A DNA stretch of 64,000 bases from Eledone cirrhosa (taxonomy: Eukaryota). The notes under the pieces were generated by a model. It searched no databases and was not told where the DNA came from. It was given only the letters and a program-made list of their open reading frames with translations. Shown here in pieces: positions 57,153-64,000 of this stretch. Each line of letters starts with the position of its first letter. Within the stretch, counting starts at the first letter, position 1. The position numbers and the translations under genes were made by a program. The stretch spans positions 62,001 through 126,000 of the forward strand of contig CAXHJY010000194.1 of NCBI GenBank assembly GCA_964016885.1. The letters run 5' to 3'.

Positions 57153-60100
57153 CAGCCAAGCCTATCTCAGGTATGTGCAGGGCTAGGAAACAGTTCTACT
57201 CACACTTGTTCAGTCAAGCCTATCTGAGGGGTGTGCAGGGCTATGAAACAGTTCTACTCACACTTGTTCAGTCAAGCCTATCTGAGGGGTGTGCAGGGCT
57301 ATGAAACAGTTCTACTCACACTTGTTCAGTCAAGCCTATCTGAGGGGTGTGCAGGGCTATGAAACAGTTCTACTCACACTTGTTCAGTCAAGCCTATCTG
57401 AGGGGTGTGCAGGGCTATGAAACAGTTCTATTCACACTTGTTCAGTCAAGCCTATCTGAGATGTGTGCAGGGCTATGAAACAGTTCTACTCACACTTGAT
57501 CAGTCAAGCCTATCTGAGGTATGTGCAGGGCTATGAAACAGTTCTACTCACACTTGTTCAGTCAAGCCTATCTGAGGTGTGTGCAGGGCTATGAAACAGT
57601 TCTACTCACACTTGTTCAGTCAAGCCTATCTGAGGGGTGTGCAGGGCTCTGAAACAGTTCTACTCACACTTGTTCAGTCAAGCCTATCTGAGATGTGTGC
57701 AGGGCTATGAAACAGTTCTACTCACACTTGTTCAGTCAAGCCTATCTGAGGGGTGTGCAGGGCTATGAAACAGTTCTACTCACACTTGTTCAGTCAAGCC
57801 TATCTGAGGGGTGTGCAGGGCTATGAAACAGTTCTACTCACACTTGTTCAGTCAAGCCTATCTGAGGTGTGTGCAGGGCTATGAAACAGTTCTACTCACA
57901 CTTGATCAGTCAAGCCTATCTGAGGTATGTGCAGGGCTCTGAAACAGTTCTACTCACACTTGTTCAGTCAAGCCTATCTGAGGTGTGTGCAGGGCTATGA
58001 AACAGTTCTACTCACACTTGTTCAGTCAAGCCTATCTGAGGGGTGTGCAGGGCTCTGAAACAGTTCTACTCACACTTGTTCAGTCAAGCCTATCTGAGGG
58101 GTGTGCAGGGCTCTGAAACAGTTCTACTCACACTTGTTCAGTCAAGCCTATCTGAGATGTGTGCAGGGCTATGAAACAGTTCTACTCACACTTGTTCAGT
58201 CAAGCCTATCTGAGGGGTGTGCAGGGCTATGAAACAGTTCTACTCACACTTGTTCAGTCAAGCCTATCTGAGGGGTGTGCAGGGCTATGAAACAGTTCTA
58301 CTCACACTTGTTCAGTCAAGCCTATCTGAGGTGTGTGCAGGGCTATGAAACAGTTCTACTCACACTTGATCAGTCAAGCCTATCTGAGGTATGTGCAGGG
58401 CTCTGAAACAGTTCTACTCACACTTGTTCAGTCAAGCCTATCTGAGGTGTGTGCAGGGCTATGAAACAGTTCTACTCACACTTGTTCAGTCAAGCCTATC
58501 TGAGGGGTGTGCAGGGCTCTGAAACAGTTCTACTCACACTTGTTCAGTCAAGCCTATCTGAGATGTGTGCAGGGCTATGAAACAGTTCTACTCACACTTG
58601 TTCAGTCAAGCCTATCTGAGGGGTGTGCAGGGCTATGAAACAGTTCTACTCACACTTGTTCAGTCAAGCCTATCTGAGGGGTGTGCAGGGCTATGAAACA
58701 GTTCTACTCACACTTGTTCAGTCAAGCCTATCTGAGGTGTGTGCAGGGCTATGAAACAGTTCTACTCACACTTGATCAGTCAAGCCTATCTGAGGTATGT
58801 GCAGGGCTCTGAAACAGTTCTACTCACACTTGTTCAGTCAAGCCTATCTGAGGTGTGTGCAGGGCTATGAAACAGTTCTACTCACACTTGTTCAGTCAAG
58901 CCTATCTGAGGTATGTGCAGGGCTCTGAAACAGTTCTACTCACACTTGTTCAGTCAAGCCTATCTGAGGTGTGTGCAGGGCTATGAAACAGTTCTACTCA
59001 CACTTGTTCAGTCAAGCCTATCTGAGGTATGTGCAGGGCTCTGAAACAGTTCTACTCACACTTGTTCAGTCAAGCCTATCTGAGGTGTGTGCAGGGCTAT
59101 GAAACAGTTCTACTCACACTTGTTCAGTCAAGCCTATCTGAGGTGTGTGCAGGGCTATGAAACAGTTCTACTCACACTTGTTCAGTCAAGCCTATCTGAG
59201 GTATGTGCAGGGCTAGGAAACAGTTCTACTCACACTTGTTCAGTCAAGCCTATCTAAGGTATGTGCAGGGCTAGGAAACAGTTCTACTCACACTTGTTCA
59301 GTCAAGCCTATCTAAGGTATGTGCAGGGCTAGGAAACAGTTCTACTCACACTTGTTCAGTCAAGCCTATCTAAGGTATGTGCAGGGCTAGGAAACAGTTC
59401 TACTCACACTTGTTCAGTCAAGCCTATCTGAGGTGTGTGCAGGGCTAGGAAACAGTTCTACTCACACTTGTTCAGTCAAGCCTATCTGAGGTGTGTGCAG
59501 GGCTATGAAACAGTTCTACTCACACTTGTTCAGTCAAGCCTATCTGAGGTGTGTGCAGGGCTATGAAACAGTTCTACTCACACTTGTTCAGTCAAGCCTA
59601 TCTGAGGTGTGTGCAGGGCTAGGAAACAGTTCTACTCACACTTGTTCAGTCAAGCCTATCTGAGGTATGTGCAGGGCTATGAAACAGTTCTACTCACACT
59701 TGTTCAGTCAAGCCTATCTGAGGTGTGTGCAGGGCTAGGAAACAGTTCTACTCACACTTGTTCAGTCAAGCCTATCTGAGGTGTGTGCAGGGCTATGAAA
59801 CAGTTCTACTCACACTTGTTCAGTCAAGCCTATCTGAGGGGTGTGCAGGGCTATGAAACAGTTCTACTCACACTTGTTCAGTCAAGCCTATCTGAGGGGT
59901 GTGCAGGGCTCTGAAACAGTTCTACTCACACTTGTTCAGTCAAGCCTATCTGAGGTATGTGCAGGGCTATGAAACAGTTCTACTCACACTTGTTCAGTCA
60001 AGCCTATCTGAGGTGTGTGCAGGGCTAGGAAACAGTTCTACTAACACTTGTTCAGTCAAGCCTATCTGAAGGGTGTGCAGGGCTATGAAACAGTTCTACT

Positions 60101-60745
60101 CACACTTGTTCAGTCAACCCTATCTGAGGTATGTGCAGGGCTATGAAACAGTTCTACTCACACTTGTTCAGTCAAGCCTATCTGAGGTGTGTGCAGGGCT
60201 AGGAAACAGTTCTACTCACACTTGTTCAGTCAAGCCTATCTGAGGTGTGTGCAGGGCTAGGAAACAGTTCTACTCACACTTGTTCAGTTAAGCCTATCTG
60301 AGGTGTGTGCAGGGCTCTGAAACAGTTCTATTCACACTTGTTCAGTCAAGCCTATCTGAAGGGTGTGCAGGGCTATGAAACAGTTCTACTCACACTTGTT
60401 CAGTCAAGCCTATCTGAAGGGTGTGCAGGGCTATGAAACAGTTCTATTCACACTTGTTCAGTCAAGCCTATCTGAGGTGTGTGCAGGGCTAGGAAACAGT
60501 TCTACTCACACTTGTTCAGTCAAGCCTATCTGAAGGGTGTGCAGGGCTATGAAACAGTTCTACTCACACTTGTTCAGTCAAGCCTATCTGAAGGGTGTGC
60601 AGGGCTATGAAACAGTTCTACTCACACTTGTTCAGTCAAGCCTATCTGAGGTGTGTGCAGGGCTATGAAACAGTTCTACTCACACTTGTTCAGTCAAGCC
60701 TATCTGAGGGGTGTGCAGGGCTACGAAACAGTTCTACTCACACTT
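57153..60745. repeat. 58-bp satellite, about 62 copies, highly homogeneous
   Basis: CAGTCAAGCCTATCTGAGGTGTGTGCAGGGCTATGAAACAGTTCTACTCACACTTGTT; period 58 (57211 to 57269). Confidence 0.98.
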
Positions 60746-60910
60746 TACATTCTGAGTTCAAATTCTGCCACAGCTTTGCTTTTCATCCTTATGGGGTTGA
60801 TAAAATAAAGTACCAGTCATGCACTGGGATCGATTTAATCGACTTTATCCTCCCAACAAAATTGTTTTCCTTCTATCTAAATCAGAAACCATTATTATTA
60901 TTATTTGCAG

Positions 60911-61021
60911 AGAAAGATATAGTGGAGAGCAAGAAGAAAAGCACAACTCTAGGGAAACTATTTCGAAACATGGGACTTCGTAAGTCTGGCAGGAACAAGT
61001 TCTCCTATAAACAACATCAAG
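60911..61021 (+). CDS. Internal coding exon (phase 1-1): (E)KDIVESKKKSTTLGKLFRNMGLRKSGRNKFSYKQHQ
   Basis: Acceptor atttgcag, donor AAG|gtaagt, 111 nt, open in the expected phase, non-repetitive. Confidence 0.85.
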
Positions 61022-61114
61022 GTAAGTCTTTAGACAATATATTAACTGCAACTGCATGTATGTGTCTAAATATGTATGTATGTATATGTGCATGTATATA
61101 TACAAAATACTTGT

Positions 61115-61167
<53 letters not shown>

Positions 61168-61359
61168 AGGCATGTGGTTTACTGGTTAGAGTGTTGTGCT
61201 TGCAATTGTGATTTTGTGAGTTTGATTCCTGGACTGGGCAGTGCATTATGACCTTGAGCAAGATACTTTATTTCATGTTGCTCCAGTTCATTTAACTGGA
61301 GAAAATGAGTTGTGACATTGGTACCAAGCTACATCAACCGTTGCCTTTCCCATACACAC

Positions 61360-61508
61360 ATACATGATGTAAGACAACCACACACATATATATATACACA
61401 TGGTGGAGACATATCCACACATATATATATTCACACATGATGGAAGTCTCAACCACACACATATATATACACATGACAGAAGACAGAACCACACACACAC
61501 ACACATAT

Positions 61509-61540
<32 letters not shown>

Positions 61541-61555
61541 GATGGAAGGCACATT

Positions 61556-61606
<51 letters not shown>

Positions 61607-61742
61607 GACAGAAGACAACCACACACATTTATATATACACACATGACAGAAGACACCACACACATATATATATACACACATGACAGAAGTCACCCCACAC
61701 ATATATATATACACATGACAGAAGTCACCCCACACATGATGT
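61360..61742. repeat. Degenerate minisatellite ACACATGACAGAAGACAACC followed by (CA)/(TA) spacers
   Basis: Direct inspection, about 8 units. Confidence 0.8.
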
Positions 61743-62194
61743 AATGGCCCAAAACTAGCACCAACCATCCTATGCAAAGTTCTACCAACTCTGCCACCTC
61801 CATTCATTAGATAATATCATTTAATCCAGCATAGTTCCATTAGTGATTGAGAATTGGTCTTTGTGACAATCTGCCAGTTCTTGGAAAGCTATCAATCTCG
61901 GTTTGTGATTTCAAATCCCATCCACTCCCCATAAACTACTCCATGTATTTAGAAAACAATTTTTGGTTTATATTTTTATTTACTTCATTTTTAACTTTAT
62001 TTTATTTTATTTTTTACTTTAATTTTGCAAAAAAAATTATCCAAAAGACAAAAAAGAAAATGAAAAATAAATGCAATTTTCAAAAAAGGGTCTGTTTTAT
62101 GGGTTTTTCTTTTTTATGGGGGGTAGGGGCGTGACAGTTATGGGTGCAGTACAAGAAATAACATTAAGCACCACATCCTACATCCCTCAGAATC

Positions 62195-62750
62195 TACCCA
62201 CCTCCCCACCACCACGGTTACCACTATAATCTGTTCTCCCACCTCAACACCTCCCCCCACCTTAACACCACAACCACCACCATCACCACAACCACCATCA
62301 TCGGCTGTTCTCCCACCTCAACACCAACCCACCTCAACCACCACCACTACCATCATCTATTCTCCCCAACACCACCACCTTCCATAATCTGTTCTTCCCA
62401 CCTCTCCACATTAATCCACCACCACCACCTTCCATAATCTGTTTTCCCACCTCCCCCACCACAAACCACCACCACCACCTTCCATCATCTATTTCCCCCC
62501 CCCCCACCACCACCTTCCATCATCTGTTTACCCACCTCCCCATCACAAACCACCACCACCACCTTCCATCATCTGTTTACCCACCTCCCCATCACAAACC
62601 ACCACCACCACCACCTTCCATCATCTGTTTTACCACCTCCCCATCACAAACCACCACCACCACCTTCCATCATCTGTTTACCCACCTCCCCATCACAAAC
62701 CACCACCACCACCACCACCACCACTATAATCTGTTCTTCCCCCTCCCCAG
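62195..62750. repeat. C-rich minisatellite of about 50 bp (CCACCTCCCCATCACAAACCACCACCACCACCTTCCATCATCTGTTTA-like)
   Basis: Direct inspection. Confidence 0.85.
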
Positions 62751-63396
62751 CCACACATACCAGCACATTCTATTAAATCCTTTCTTACTTGTGGAACATT
62801 CAGTATCAACACTGCTGCTATTCCAGAAACCATTATTATTATTACTATTATTATTGGATTGTCAGAGTTGTTAGAGCCCTGGACAAAATATTTTGTGCTA
62901 TTTGTACTGACCCTTTACATTCTCAATTCAAATCCGGCCCAGGTTAGCTTTGCCTTTCATCCTTATGAGGTACATTAATTTAATTGATTTTCCCTTCCCC
63001 CAAAATTGTTGGCCTTGTGCCTAAATCAGAAACCAGTGTTCAAATCCCACCAAGGTTAGCTTTGTCTTTCATCCTTATGGGAGTCGATAAAATAAAGTAC
63101 CAGTAATGCACTGGGGTCGATTTAATTGACTTTCCCCTCCCCCGAAATTGTTGGCCTTTTTGCCTAAACCAGAAACCAATATTTTAAAAATACACTAGAA
63201 ATATTGAACATACCATTCAAAATTAAGATAATTATTAATAACTATTAATAGCTAGCGAAGTGCACATCCAACTCTGTTGACTTCCCCATGCCCTGCCTTA
63301 CTGTCTCCCCCACCCACTCCACTAAGTACAGAGTGGTTAATATATATTTTATAAATGCATATGAGCAACCCCCTACCTCATTCGATATCAGCATGT

Positions 63397-63815
63397 TATC
63401 ATCATCATCATCATCACTGTTTTACGTCCGTTCTTCCACGCTAGCATGGGTTAGACGGGTTGTCCTGTTGCGCGCAGTGTCCGGACGAAAGACCTTGTCT
63501 TGCTCATACGGAAACTGATTCTGGCTTGATTTCTACAGCTGGATGCCCTCCCTAACACCGACCTCATTTACAGTGAGTGCTGGGTGCTTTTTTTTTCCAT
63601 GGCACCTCCACGACCACTTTACAGTGTGGGCTCGGTGCTTTTTAGCCGTGGTACCTCCACGACCACTTTGCAGTCCTATTATCTCATTTCTACAGCTGAG
63701 TAAACTGGAGCAATGTGAAATAAAGTGTCTTGCTCAAGGAAACAACACATCACCCAATCCGAGAACTGAACTCACAACCTTTCGATTGCAAGCCCAATGC
63801 TCTAACCACTAAGCC
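63397..63815 (-). mobile_element. tRNA-derived SINE with RTE-type tail (same family as 2746-3066)
   Basis: Reverse-complement head GGCTTAGTGGTTAGAGCATTGGGCTTGCAATCG, core, tail and (CAT)n. Confidence 0.85.
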
Positions 63816-64000
63816 TTCTAAGCCACATGTACCTTCACTGTTACTTCTGTATATATATATATGTATATGAATGTGAGGGACTTGAGGTACAAGCAAGGGT
63901 AGACTATAATCATATGTCATCTGTTGCTTCCATAAAGCTTGTTACCATTACATTAACTAATGGCATATGGGTATATAGGTGGTAGCTCGCAGTTGGGTGC

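Noticed and set aside
57153-60745. Regular repeat array that could be mistaken for CRISPR
   Set aside because: No unique spacers, no cas genes, eukaryotic context; it is a tandem satellite.

Overview
Very AT-rich, microsatellite-saturated animal genomic DNA. The SINE, RTE-LINE and (TA)n content resembles an octopus or other coleoid cephalopod (inference, not a database result). Most of the window appears to be intron of one + strand protein-coding gene. Five small exons have phases that join into one open frame (16972-17067, 17322-17386, 23160-23212, 38372-38401, 60911-61021). A sixth candidate, a 36-nt in-frame microexon (35031-35066, MCCIFPRRLSK), starts with a 5' splice-site consensus and so resembles a recursive-splicing exon. 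I cannot identify the gene. The introns hold RTE-clade LINE fragments (with a PHD-type finger after the RT), at least two tRNA-derived SINE families, a DD41D-like Tc1/mariner derivative, mariner- and piggyBac-like MITEs, and a non-autonomous Helitron. They also hold many Penelope/retrozyme-type remnants with hammerhead ribozyme motifs inside (TA)n tracts, several long inverted repeats, and minisatellites of 25, 35, 48, 56 and 58 bp. Nearly all long ORFs in the supplied track are microsatellite artefacts.
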